From the NCBI RefSeq assembly GCF_009914755.1, contig NC_060934.1: a DNA stretch of 64,000 nucleotides; one strand, written 5' to 3'. The DNA comes from the human T2T-CHM13v2.0 reference genome, Homo sapiens. Within the stretch, counting starts at the first letter, position 1; every line of letters starts with the position of its first letter. Positions 43,521 through 56,005 of this stretch are shown here, piece after piece. The position numbers and the translations under genes are program-made. The notes below the pieces were generated by a model, which was not told the DNA's origin, ran no database searches, and worked only from the letters and a program-made list of their open reading frames with translations.

Positions 43521-46500
43521 TTACAGGTTTTTTTTTAATAGCTTTCTTATCAAAGTAAAGAAGTTGCCTTTTATTCCTAATTTGCTGAGTTCTGGTTTTT
43601 TAAAATCATGAGCAGATATTAAATTGTATCAAATTTTTTTTCTGTATCTATTGATTTTTCTCCTTATTCACATATTAAAGTAACTTTACATTTCTGGAAT
43701 AAACCCAACTTAGTTGTAATGTGTTATCCTTTATATAAATTGTTGCATTTGTTTTGCTAATATTTAGTTTAGGATTTTTGCATCTGTGTTTGAGTGAGAT
43801 TGCCCTGTATTTTTCTTTCCTCTTAATGTCCTGGACTGGCTTTGATATCAAAGTTATGATGACCTCATACAATAGTTTGGGTGCTGTTCTCATTTTTTCT
43901 ATTCTCAGGAAGAATTTCTATCAGATTGGTATTTTTTTCTAATGTTTGGAAGAATTTACAGGTAGACATCTGTTCTTGAGTTTTCTTTGTTAGGAAGGTT
44001 TTAAACTATGGGTTGGATTTTTTTCTACTAGCTATTGGATATACTATTTTTTATTGCTTATATCAATGTAGATAATTTTTTCTCCTAGGAATTTGTCATC
44101 TCATCTAAAATTTCAAAAATATTGGTATAAAGCTGTTTATAATAGTCCCTTATGACCTTCGTTTTATTTTGAAATAATATCAAACTTACAGCAAATAACT
44201 TTTGCTAAATTACCCAAGAGCAAGCTCAGCCATGATGTCCCACCACCCCAAATTCATTACTGCAATTCAGTTTGAAGACCCTATTTATTTTTTAAAAACA
44301 GCTTTCTGAAGTATAATTGGCATACAGAAATACTGTATTTAAAATATATAATTTTAAAAATTAATATACATTCACCTATAAAATCATAGCTATAATGAAA
44401 ACAGTGAACATATTTATCATCATAAAAGTGTCTTTATGCCCCTCTCTCCATTGTGAGTTAATTTTTGAATATGATTTCAGATATGGATTCAAGGTCATTT
44501 TTTGCATATGTACATCGTTTTGTAACCATTTTTTAAAAGACTATCCTTTCTGTGGTTGCCTTGAACCTGTGTCAAAAAACAGTTGTCCATATCTGCATAC
44601 TTTTATTTTGAGACTTTTAATTCTATTCCATTGATGTATTTATTTTTAAACCAGTACCACACTGTCTTGATTATTGTAGCTTTGTAAGTCTTTAAATTAA
44701 GAAGTGTTAGCCCTCCAACTTGTTCTTTTTCAAAGTTGCTTTTGCCATTCTTGGTCCTTTGCATTTCCATATGAATTTTTGAATCAGCTTGTCAATTTTT
44801 ATGCACACACACACTCAAAATCTACTGGCAGTTTGAGATTGTTTTGAAGCTATAGATCAATTTTGGAAGAATTGACATCTAAACAATATCAAGCCTTCTG
44901 ACCCATGAAATAAGATATCTCTCTTCATTTATTTAGGTCTTTTATAGCCATATTTTTGTAGTTTTCAGTATCAGATCTTTACATCCTTTGTTTATGAAAT
45001 CTCTGAGTACCTCAAATTCTGAAGTTTCAATTTCTAATAGTTCATTGGTGGTATATAGAAATGGAGTTGATTTTTGTATATTGATCTTGTGTTTTTCAAC
45101 CTTGCTAAACTCACTTATTTGTTCTAGTTGTGTTTTGCATAGATTTTATATTAGGATGGCTCTAAAATAGACTTTTTTTCCAGGTCTAGATTAGCTCTGC
45201 TTCTAAAGCATGACTTTTCTGGGGTGTCTATCAAATGACTTGTGCATTCAACAAAGTTTCTTCATTCTGGATGGTTGAAATTAAAACATCCCCCAGCCTT
45301 GTAAGAGCTTTGGTAGTATTTCTTTAGTTAATTTTGTAGAGACCCTGTATGTATGTATGTACAGCTTAGAATTTAGTCAGAGTATCAAGGGTGCCTTCAT
45401 AGACATTTCTTTGTCTGTGTATTTTCCTCAAATTCCAGCTGCCACTACTTCCTCAGATTCTGATCTCTGTTCAGTGAGATCACTGTGCTTTGACGTTCCC
45501 CTCTCTGTCCCACAGTTAAGAAAGCACCTCCAGACAAAAACAAGTGATCATGAGACTTGCTTTGTTTGTTTCTTTTTCCTCAGGGTTTACAGTGCTTGCT
45601 GCCTGTTGTCTGTCTAAAAACTGTTGCTTAATAATTTTGTCCAGTTTAACAGCTGTTTATGGTGGCAAGATTTGTCTAGTCACAGTTACTCTTTCGTAGT
45701 CAAATATGATTTTTAACTCAATCATATTGTTTTTAGCTCTGTAGTCCAGTTAAATCTCAACTATGATGTTGTGAGTTCACTGGAAGAGTAAAATTTTAAG
45801 CAAATAATGATGTATAACATGATCTTGTATATATTCATTTTATGAAAATGATTTTAAAAAATTAATTTCAAATGAATGCTGTCACATTGATGGCTTATTA
45901 ATTTACTAAACAAAAAATAATTACCCAAGTCCTATGACACTTGTACCTCTTTTACCAAATATGTTTATTCTGCCTAGTTATTGGATATATTTACTGTGGA
46001 CATTTTATTCTGTTTCTTTTTAAATACTTTGGAAGTACAGTCTTTATACTTATGTCATAAGAACAATTATTATTAATTTGATTGAACTTATATCATGTTT
46101 TAGATATAGCCAGTTTGTACTACATACTCATGTACCACAAGCTTAGATTTTATTATAAGATAACTTGCTGTGTAGGCTGCCTAGTAATTCAAACATCAGA
46201 TGGATGATTGGCCTAGGTGACTTTTAAATGCCCTTCAGCCTTGAGATTCTATTATTCTTCAGCAAATTAAATTCAGCAGATGTCTTGAGTGCCATTTTAA
46301 TAGTGTATGTTATATACGAAAAATTGTCTTTGAGAAGCTTAGAATTTCATTGGTGGGATAATACGTACGTGTGTGTATGTGTGTGTGTGTAGAAATCAAA
46401 TATGTAGAAAGAAGAGAGAATATAGAAAGAATAGTTAAAAAATGTGTATGATTAATTACAGAGTGAACAGCACAAACCACGAATGCTTGACATGTTCAGT

Positions 46501-47413
46501 CAGAGAAAGAGACAATATGGCAGAAGTAGAATGAGAAAGAACACATCTTGTCATCTTGTGTGTGATGATATCAGCAAAAGAGGGCCACCAAAGCAGCATA
46601 AAGGAGTACACAGTTGCAGGAGCGTCAGTAGAGAGACCAGCGTAGCAGAAGTAGAAAGTTGTTTGGCCTTGTTTTTAAAAATATGTGGCTAAGTTGTTAA
46701 CTATTGCAATTTTATCAACAGTGACATTTCCTTCAGCAAGTGCCAGCATGGTGACAGCATTGGCTGTCTAGATCTGGAAATCTTACATTTGTATGACTAA
46801 GGTGCTGCTAGTAATAATGTCTTAATGTTGCTGTAGACTAAAATTTTTTCATAGAAAAATCCTCATCTGTATCATGAGATACATCTGTTTGAGAAACAGT
46901 ATGAACAGATCAGCCATCTGAGGTCTGCCTTGTTGGAGCTGCTAGGTGCTAGAGAAATTCTTTTGAGTGTTATAGCTCTTCTGTCTGTTTGAGTCTAGTA
47001 GATTCTAGTCTTTTGTTTGTGTTTAGCTTTTAAGGGTCAAGGTCATACTGAGGTTAAAACTGTCTTGTTGGGTTGATATTAAAATCTGGACATAGTATTC
47101 CATGCTGACTTTTAATTCTGGTATTGGAAGAATAATTCAAAGCATACTTGTTTTTATTTAATATTGTTCAAATAAATTCAAATTTAATACACATATACCA
47201 GAATAAAAAGTTTAGATAAATTTTCTACAAAATGGTAAAACCACTGAAATTTCTTACCATTGGCTGTGAACTAAACAGATTATAGAATATTTCTGTGATT
47301 TAGTTTATTACTAAATAGGAAATATGTATGAAGACATCTTTGAGTATGAAAATTCTAAATTTCAGTATATCATAGATTTTAGTTTTTAAAATTATAGAAC
47401 TGTATTTTTTGTC

Positions 47414-47807
<394 letters not shown>

Positions 47808-48661
47808 GAACTCTACTTTAATATTGCATCATTTTGTTTGAAGCAATACCAAACAAAAGCTGAAAACATGATTAACAGATAGTAAAAGCTTTATGTATAT
47901 GTCTTCATTCATATTTTCTAAAATCATTGTTTAAAAAATGCTTGTTTAGTAAGCATGCTAAAATCCTTGCTTATGTGTGTTTTTTTTTTTTTTTTGCACT
48001 GGCTTATTTTTGAGGCCGGCTGGGAGTGTTCATGTAAAACAAGAGAGAAATTCCAACAACAGAGAAGGGGGAGGCTGGGGCGGGGGGACAGATAAATGCA
48101 ATTTTACTTGACAACAGAGTTGAATGTGAGTGTGTAAAATTTCTGCCATAACATAAAACAGATTTGAAATCTTACCAGGTAAAATTTAAAATGTGGATAA
48201 TACTTGTTAAGTGCCACATTAAGTTATTTACAATATTTGATCCCTAGAGAAACTTAGAAAAGAACTTACGGGGATTATTTTGCTGCTTGTATTCTGATCA
48301 CTTCATTATTAATTACTGCAGGATCATTTCTATAGCTAATGTGGGATTTTCCTCAGATCTTCTTAAGGCCATAGTCAGAACCAACTGAATATATATATAA
48401 GATGATTGCATTATTTTTATTGGAGAAAAATTGAAGCAAATGAAATTGTTTTAATAAAGAATATAAGACTTTCTCCCTCTTTTATCTTGTTAATGTATAT
48501 TTTATTCTTTTTAACAAGGTAGAATTTTGGCTATAAAACATATACTGTAATATATGCTTTTGGAAAAAGTTTTAAATGAATTTTCAGGGCTGTTGGTGCT
48601 GTGAAAATAGTACATGTACTTCTGTGGTTGTTTTAGTGTCTTTTTTGTTGATTTTTGGCAG

Positions 48662-48734
48662 ATAAAATAACACAAGAAGATATTGAAGGCATTCTACAGA
48701 AATTTACTGGAAATATAATGCAAGTGCCCCCCCT
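48662..48734 (+). CDS. TRUB1: TRUB1 exon 5 (DKITQEDIEGILQKFTGNIMQVPPL)
   Basis: Acceptor tttttggcag|, donor CCT|gtaagt; 73 nt; F.G.I.Q.PP motif. Confidence 0.97.
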
Positions 48735-49241
48735 GTAAGTTCAATTAGTAAATTTGGAAAAATGTTTACTTTTCTTTTCCAATGGTTAACATCACTCTAG
48801 TTAAAATACACGAGTTTCCTCTTAGCATATGGCAAGGCAGGTTTTAAATCTGATGTGCCAAATGTTAAAGTAAAGGTGAGACAGGATGTGGAGCTTTTGA
48901 CACTCTAAGAGGCAGTGGAATGTGGTCTTCTTTGTTTCTGAGTGTGGCCCCAGCCTGGCATCTGTGCTATTACAGTGTTTATTGGCTTTTCTGATTCTAT
49001 CAACAGACATAAGGGCAGTTAAGGAGCCCAGAGATGTCTCTTTTCCTAGAACTGTTGTGAAGGGACCAGTCCCGTCTGGGAGGGAAGTCAGAGCTGTGAG
49101 TCAGAGTCCTAATGTGCACTGCATGTCAGGTGCTGGGACCATTCCTATTGGGCACAATCTTTTGCTTCACTATTCTCTGCAGCCAGCGAAACCGATGAGA
49201 GTTACAACTTATTAAAAATACAAGTATATTGCTTTACTGCT

Positions 49242-49591
49242 TGTCTTAGTTTGGGCTGCAGTAACAAAATAACATAAACTGGGTAGCTTATAAACAACAG
49301 AAATTTATTTCTCACCATTCTGGAGGCTGGGAAGTCAGGATCACAGTGCAGTGGGCTCAGCGTCGGGTGAAGGCCTGCTTTTTCACAGATGGCACCTTCT
49401 TACCGTATCCTCCTAGTAGAAGGGGCAAGGCAGCTCTCTGGAGCCTCCTTTATAAGCGTACTAATTTCTTTCATGAGGGCTGCGCCCTACGACCTAATTA
49501 CCTCCCAGAAGACCCTACCTCCTAATATCAACACCTTGGGGGTTAGGATTTCAGCATATAAATTTGGAGGTTTGGCATTCAGATCATAATA
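49242..49591. mobile_element. MLT1A-like MaLR LTR, intron 5
   Basis: tgtcttagtttgggctgc...aacaacagaaatttatttctcac...gggggttaggatttcagcatat. Confidence 0.85.
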
Positions 49592-50433
49592 CCATGTAGC
49601 CATATTTTCGTGCACATTACCATTTCAAGCAAATTGCCTCTTTTGAAAAAAATGGCTGAATTGGTTATAGGATATGTCAGGGTAAGTTTCTGACTTTTTT
49701 TTTAGAATTTAGTATTTATTTTGTATTTAAAATCTTGAGTTTTTTTCAGGAACATTGAAATATCTCTGAGGAGACGCTTTTTAATGATTTTGCCTCAAAT
49801 GTAAAAATTTAAAAATTTTAGCAAGATCTGCATAAACGTTATTTTGGATCATTGTTAAATTAAATTTACTTATATTTATGTATAAGAATTGTTTTAATAT
49901 TTTCTGTGATTATTGCAAGGATTTTGTTTTCTAGTAAAATTTTATCACGAAAAGCTAAGATACGCTAAGTAGATTATTTGCTTATTAGCTTCTTAGAAAT
50001 GTTTTGGTAACTTATATAAAAATGAATATTATAGTAGAGATTGTTTCAAGGAAATATAGCTGAGAGTATTATGACCAGAGTCTACTAAATTCCTTGTGCC
50101 TTTTAACACAGAATGAGGACTAGTAAGGACAAGACGTGAATACATTGTCTCTAGAAAGATGATTAAAGAATAAAATTGGTAACACTGCATATTGTGTGCC
50201 AGAATGAGGTTATATCAGCCTTAGAAATATTTAGAAACTCTATCCATGACAGCATTATGGAGTAGATTAGAATTAAAAATTCATTCATTTTTTAGAAGGA
50301 TTTTCATTGTGAAGCACTGCCAGTCATCCTTCCTTTCCATGCTAAATCTGAAATTATCATCTCCCAATCCTTCCAAATCCCTCTCAATTCTTGCTCTCCT
50401 TTCCTTCCATTTCTCCTTCTCTCATCTCACAAG

Positions 50434-50573
50434 CTATTCTGCATTAAAGAAAGATGGACAAAGACTTTCGACTTTGATGAAGAGAGGTGAAGTCGTAGAA
50501 GCAAAACCTGCCAGGCCAGTGACTGTATACAGTATCTCCCTTCAAAAATTCCAGCCACCATTTTTCACATTAG
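50434..50573 (+). CDS. TRUB1: TRUB1 exon 6 ([46 protein letters not shown])
   Basis: Pyrimidine tract of about 70 nt and cacaag|, donor TAG|gtaaga; 140 nt; TruB thumb-loop motif. Confidence 0.97.
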
Positions 50574-52195
50574 GTAAGATGGAGAAATTTGAAATCATTT
50601 GTATTTACGTGTATTTTTAATTTGTATTTGGCTACTTTTGTGTCATTTTAATAGATCCGTAGGATGTTGGAGATTTTTTAAAATTTGAATTTAAGGAAAG
50701 TTAGGATTTCTTTATACCTTTTTTGGTAACACATTTAATGAGATACCTGTAGCTATATGGAGGTTCAGAAATGCGTTTCTAACTGGGCTGACTTTTTCAT
50801 ATATTGTACTATGTTATCTTACTAGAAAGTTGAAAGTAACATACTTTAGATCTCTATAGAGAAGAGTAGGTAAGGAGTGTATATACTTTTTAAATTTTAG
50901 GTTTTTATTATCTTTTGGATGCTTTTCCTCCCATTTTGGCTAGTACCTAATACATTCCGTTTTAGAACTGACATTAATTTTCCAATGAAAACAAAGCATT
51001 TTTAGTTTTTGGACAAGAAACCCCTCACTCCCTTCTTCACCACCTATCACTTACTATTAAAGATCCTGCAAATATGGAAAAACATGGGTAAGGCAGAAAT
51101 GTATTCCTGAATACATGGTCACATTTTTAATTCAAGTTATGAATTTTAATTTCTAATATATATTTGAAATGTAAAGACTAAAAAGTTCATTTCTGTTGTT
51201 TGGAAATTTTATGATCTGGCTGCAGAAAGTTGTAAACATGTAAGATCTGTGAAGAATCCAAAGCCATGGTTCTTAATCCTCAGACTCCTTTAAATTGAGC
51301 CTACCCTTAGTTTCACAGTGCACTGAATAGGATTCCGTTTAGAAATAATGTCCCCAAATCTTTTAATCTAAACTCTATTGCTTTTTTATTGGCATTATTG
51401 TTTTATCTGTGTTGTGTTTCTGCAGGATATGGTTTTGTAACATTAGAAAAAAAAAGTCACTTTGTTTCTTCATGTTCCTGCTTCTAAAATATTTGACAGA
51501 TAATGAAAAAAACACACTTAGGAAGGTTGTGCTCCATTCCATGGAAATGAAGCAGCTGGTTTGACACAGTAGATATTCTCTATGAAAGCAAGAAAAAACT
51601 CAGATTTTTCAGATTGCATTTAAGTCAGAAATATTTTATTGACTAGGGAGAGTGTAACGGGCCAAAAGAGCTGTCTTTTCACTCAAGTCAAATATCACGC
51701 AAGAGTGCTAGCGCGCCTGCATTTCATCCCAGTGCCCACTTTCAATTTCAGCAGTGGCCCCCAACCATGAGCTGACTAAAGAAAGCAGGGGGTGATTAAA
51801 ATCCCCAGGTGGTGAGTTTTGATTAATTCCCCCAAATGGCTTTATTTGTACCAGTAAGACTCGAAGCAGCTAGAATATAGTCCTTTTGTGTGGAAATGTG
51901 GCAGCTCTTTTCAGGAAGTCTTGCTGATGGATAAAAATAATGGAGAGCTCTGTTCTTAACCAATAAACTTGTGTTAGATTGTGTTAAGAAGATATTTAGA
52001 TTTACATTCAGTTCTGGGACATTGTGCAATTTTAAGTTGTTTTATGATTTCTTCAGGAGTATTTCCAAGAGAACATTTAAATAAACTGAGTTCTTCATGT
52101 GTAGTACGGTACCCCAAACATAATTCTTGTCACTGTGAAAAGGGGTTTTTGGTTGGTTGGTTGGTTGGTTGTATTTTTTTTGAATGTACAAGTCA

Positions 52196-52366
52196 GAAAA
52201 TATTTTAAAAATCTACCGCTCATGATGGCAAAGCTGCCATTTCTAACCATTTACAACCTATTAAATGAACAAGGCATATAAATCTGAAAATATTTTTTAA
52301 AATCTCAAGCTCATGATAGCAAAGCTGAGATTTCTAACTATTTAAAACCTATTAAATGAACAAGGC
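52196..52366 (+). repeat. Diverged two-copy tandem duplication, period about 90 bp
   Basis: 52196-52275 versus 52286-52366; about 10 differences in 80 nt. Confidence 0.93.
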
Positions 52367-52627
52367 TGAAGTATTAAAGTGGTATGCCTTGCCAGTTAAT
52401 TTAAAATGTGTTCATGAGTTTGTGCTGTTTGCTTTCTCCACACTCTGACTTTTCAGTCTCACAAACACATATGCTACTGGATGAATAATTTATGTTTTAG
52501 TGCATAAATATTTTATCACTCAATTGTTTGCATAGTGCATTTTTACATTTGTTTAGGGACATCATTTCTATGTAAAGTGGATTTCATAGGAGGTTAGCAA
52601 TTTACTATGTCACTGTTAACATTCCAG

Positions 52628-52684
52628 ATGTTGAATGTGGAGGAGGTTTTTATATCAGAAGCTTGGTCAGTGACATTGGAAAAG
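52628..52684 (+). CDS. TRUB1: TRUB1 exon 7 (DVECGGGFYIRSLVSDIGK)
   Basis: Acceptor attccag|, donor AAG|gtaagc; 57 nt, phase 1/1; matches the TruB CSKGTYIRSL motif. Confidence 0.96.
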
Positions 52685-53421
52685 GTAAGCATAAAAATGA
52701 ATTATGAATTATCATTTAGAGAATAATACTCCTTTTCAATTGGAAGAGGGAATTTTCCGTTTTTCTTATTTCTGAGTACTGGCCTTAGGAACTGAACTCT
52801 TGCTGCCTTCAGCTTTAAAAGCATTGTAGGTTTCTGGCTTGCAATTATCAGCCTCAGCAGCTGCAGTGAAATGTTTGTAATGGGAAAGAAGAGAAAGAGA
52901 GAACAGAAAACGAAGACAGGAATAATGAACGTAGGGCCAACATCTTTTCAAGTACAAAAGATTTTAACTCAAACTAGGGATCAAAAAAAAAAAAAGATTT
53001 AACCTTCTAAAAGTTATTTTCAAATTTTTTTAAACTGGAAGCCGTAGTCTTATAAACAGCCAGAAGGTTTCGGTTCTGGCTGTGCCATTTACTGGCAGTT
53101 GTCGCACTGGACAGGTCATATGATCTCATCTGTAAAGTGCGGCTAATCTTTACTCCATGGGGTTGGCTGCATGAGTTAAATAACAAAAATGTGTGCAAGT
53201 TCTTTGTTGATTTTAAAGCAGCTTATAAGGTGGATTATTAAGTATTATTTTGCTACTTAATCATTTCTTTATCTGAGGCCTCTTGGTTCTTATATTGGAT
53301 TATTATACTTTTGGGTGGTTTTGAGAGATTTCAATTGAGTACGGTCATTTGAACAATTACAGACTATGAAATACTGAATCGTTTATCTTCTGGATTTTTT
53401 TTCTACCTTTTGTTGCCATAG

Positions 53422-53678
53422 AACTATCTTCCTGTGCCAATGTGCTAGAGCTGACCCGAACCAAACAGGGACCATTTACGCTAGAAGAACATGCCCTTCC
53501 TGAAGACAAATGGACAATTGATGACATTGCACAGTCTCTTGAGCATTGCTCATCTCTTTTCCCAGCAGAGTTGGCACTTAAAAAATCAAAACCTGAGTCT
53601 AATGAACAGGTTTTGAGCTGTGAATATATAACTCTAAATGAGCCAAAGAGAGAAGATGATGTAATTAAGACGTGTTGA
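53422..53678 (+). CDS. TRUB1: TRUB1 exon 8 coding part ([19 protein letters not shown]...VIKTC stop)
   Basis: Acceptor ttgttgccatag|; L.R...G.F motif; TGA at 53676-53678. Confidence 0.97.
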
Positions 53679-55980
53679 GATTGGCCTGGGAATATCATCA
53701 TTTTCTAGTTGACATTTGAATCCTGTGTGCAGATGCAGAATGACAAGCTGCATTCAAAAGACAAACAATATGTCTTTTTTTTTTTGCATGAAGAAAAATG
53801 TCTATCATTTACAGTTTCAATAGCACATAATTTATTTTCTATGCATTATAAATGGCCTTGCAGTTGGCTCAGTTGTTTGCTGTGTTGTGAAATGTTTTAG
53901 GATTTTTTGTATTGTGAAAATATGAATATGATTGGATTCAGAAAAATTAACTTTCTGAATTTGATCTGTCTTCAGTCTTGTGAAAAAGTTGAACAAATTT
54001 CCTAATCAAAGAAAAAAGTATGAGCTCCATGTTTCTTTAGTTTCACAAAAATGACCATAATTTAGTGTTATTTTTACTTTATTTAGGCTTCCTGGTGGCT
54101 TCATTTTATTGAAATTCTTTAAATTGTTTAAAGTGGCCATTATTGATCTCTTTCTTCTGTTTTGGAGAGTTTATTATTAAAAACATTTCTTTGATAAAAT
54201 GGCCATCATCTAGTAATACCTGTGTTTGTTTAGATCTTGGAAATGAATAAGCTTTGATAATATTTGTAAATGAACCAAATTATTACTGCTACCACTAACA
54301 GGTTGTAAATAGAAGACTAATACTTAATTAAAGTCACCTTCCTACCATTAGAGCAGAAGACAGCTCCTATAGTTTTGTATTTTGGCAGCTATGAGATATT
54401 TTCATGGTAATGTCAACATGGTCAAGCACTTTGTACCAAGTTATTAAGTAACATAATTTTTAAAATTTAAAGAATGTGTCTTCAACTAAAAACTTTATTC
54501 TTTAGCATTTATTTATATTTCTCTGTAGGGTGTTATCCCTGTGACATTGTCTCTTTAGTTTGCTCTTTCAAGAGATACTTACAGATGTTGAGATGGCTGC
54601 CCTGCATTTCCAGCTAATCTCTTCTGCTCTAAATATTTAAAAACAGTTCTTCTCAAACATTTTCATTCAGATAGCTTTCTGAAAGTTCCCTATCCCTCTT
54701 TACCATAATTTTTTAAATGTAGCCACATTGTAATAGTAAACTTCATATATAATGAGTGCTTCATATTTTTGTTATGGGAAAGCAATATATTATGCAGCCA
54801 GTCTGTAGAAACATTCAGATCCCTCTTCCTTTACTCAAATACAGTTTCAAAAGGAAGACTCATGAGAAATTTCATAAAATACAAGTTTTTAGATGTTTAT
54901 GCTTTGCCTTTCTTTTTAAAGGTGTTTTCCTGCTTTGTAGTCTCTAACTCTGAAATTTAAAATATGTAAACTAAAGTGGTTTTATTTGTGCTTAACCCAA
55001 TTTAAACTCAATGTAAAATGTTATATATGCATCAGTACAGCATTTTCAACATATTGGCAACATATTTTAAATGAAAACACTAAAACAATTCTTAGTATGA
55101 GACAAAACTGTAAGGAAAAAGAGTGTTAATACCATGATGCATTAACATAAAATATCAAACACACAAAGTCATAAAATGAAAATTTACAGTTTTACCTGTT
55201 CATATCTAGTGCCCCACAGTGTGTGTCAACCAAAGGTGGCAGTGGCTACATCTGCCTGTTGGACTGGTACAGGTTACAATATGTCCTCTTCCATTGCAAA
55301 TTAAAGTCCAAATAGAGAAATACTTAGGTTTTAGAACACATCAGAGGTATTTCTGCTGTATTTTTCACCTTAAAAATTGACACAGAGTTTACTAATAGAG
55401 GAGTAGAGATTGTTGACCATTTTTAAAAAACGATAGCCACTCTTTTTCTTTTATGTTTAAAACTGAAGTTTTGCCAAATGGGAAAATTACTGTTACCTCT
55501 ACCATCTTAATGTAGTAACTTTAGATTTTAAATTTTTATATTACTATTTTCCTTTTTGTTGTTCACATAGTCTTAAGGCACCTATACTTTTAAATTGACT
55601 TTTTCATTTGATATTATCTATATGTATGTAGTTGTGATAATGATTATTTTAATTATATTACTTTATACTCTTAATTTATTTAGAGTATTTCTCTATTGCT
55701 GAATACTTAAGTAGTTTTAAATTTTATTATGATAAATTCCTGGGAGGGGGATTATTTAGTGAAATAATATGAAGAACTTTATGACTTATGTTTGCCTTAT
55801 TGCATTCCCAAAGAGTTGTAACATTTTACAGTGTTACCATTTGAGTAGGGGTTTTATATGTTGTTGCTAATTTAGTAAACATAGGAGAGAAATCAAAGTT
55901 TTTCTGATTTGCTTTTATGTGATTTATCTGTATACTTTGTTCATTTATATAAATAAATGTCTTAATGGTTTCTATACATA
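53679..55980 (+). other. TRUB1: TRUB1 3' UTR (AU-rich, free of recognisable Alus)
   Basis: Runs from the stop to the canonical AATAAA at 55952. Contains several ATTTA pentamers and a Pumilio element TGTAAATA at 54304-54311. Confidence 0.75.
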
Positions 55981-56005
55981 TTTGCATGAGTTATTTGTGT
56001 TGTAA
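55952..56005 (+). terminator. Polyadenylation signal with GU-rich downstream element
   Basis: AATAAA at 55952-55957, upstream TGTA near 55929, CA about 20 nt downstream, then ttatttgtgttgt. Confidence 0.75.

Noticed and set aside
50246-50620. 124-aa ORF as an independent gene
   Set aside because: It is TRUB1 exon 6 plus stop-free flanking intron (the pyrimidine tract).
53357-53701. 114-aa minus-strand ORF
   Set aside because: Antisense shadow of exon 8.
55494-55499. let-7 seed match (TACCTC) suggesting feedback on TRUB1
   Set aside because: Only a 6-mer, without the m8 match or A1; expected by chance in 2.3 kb.
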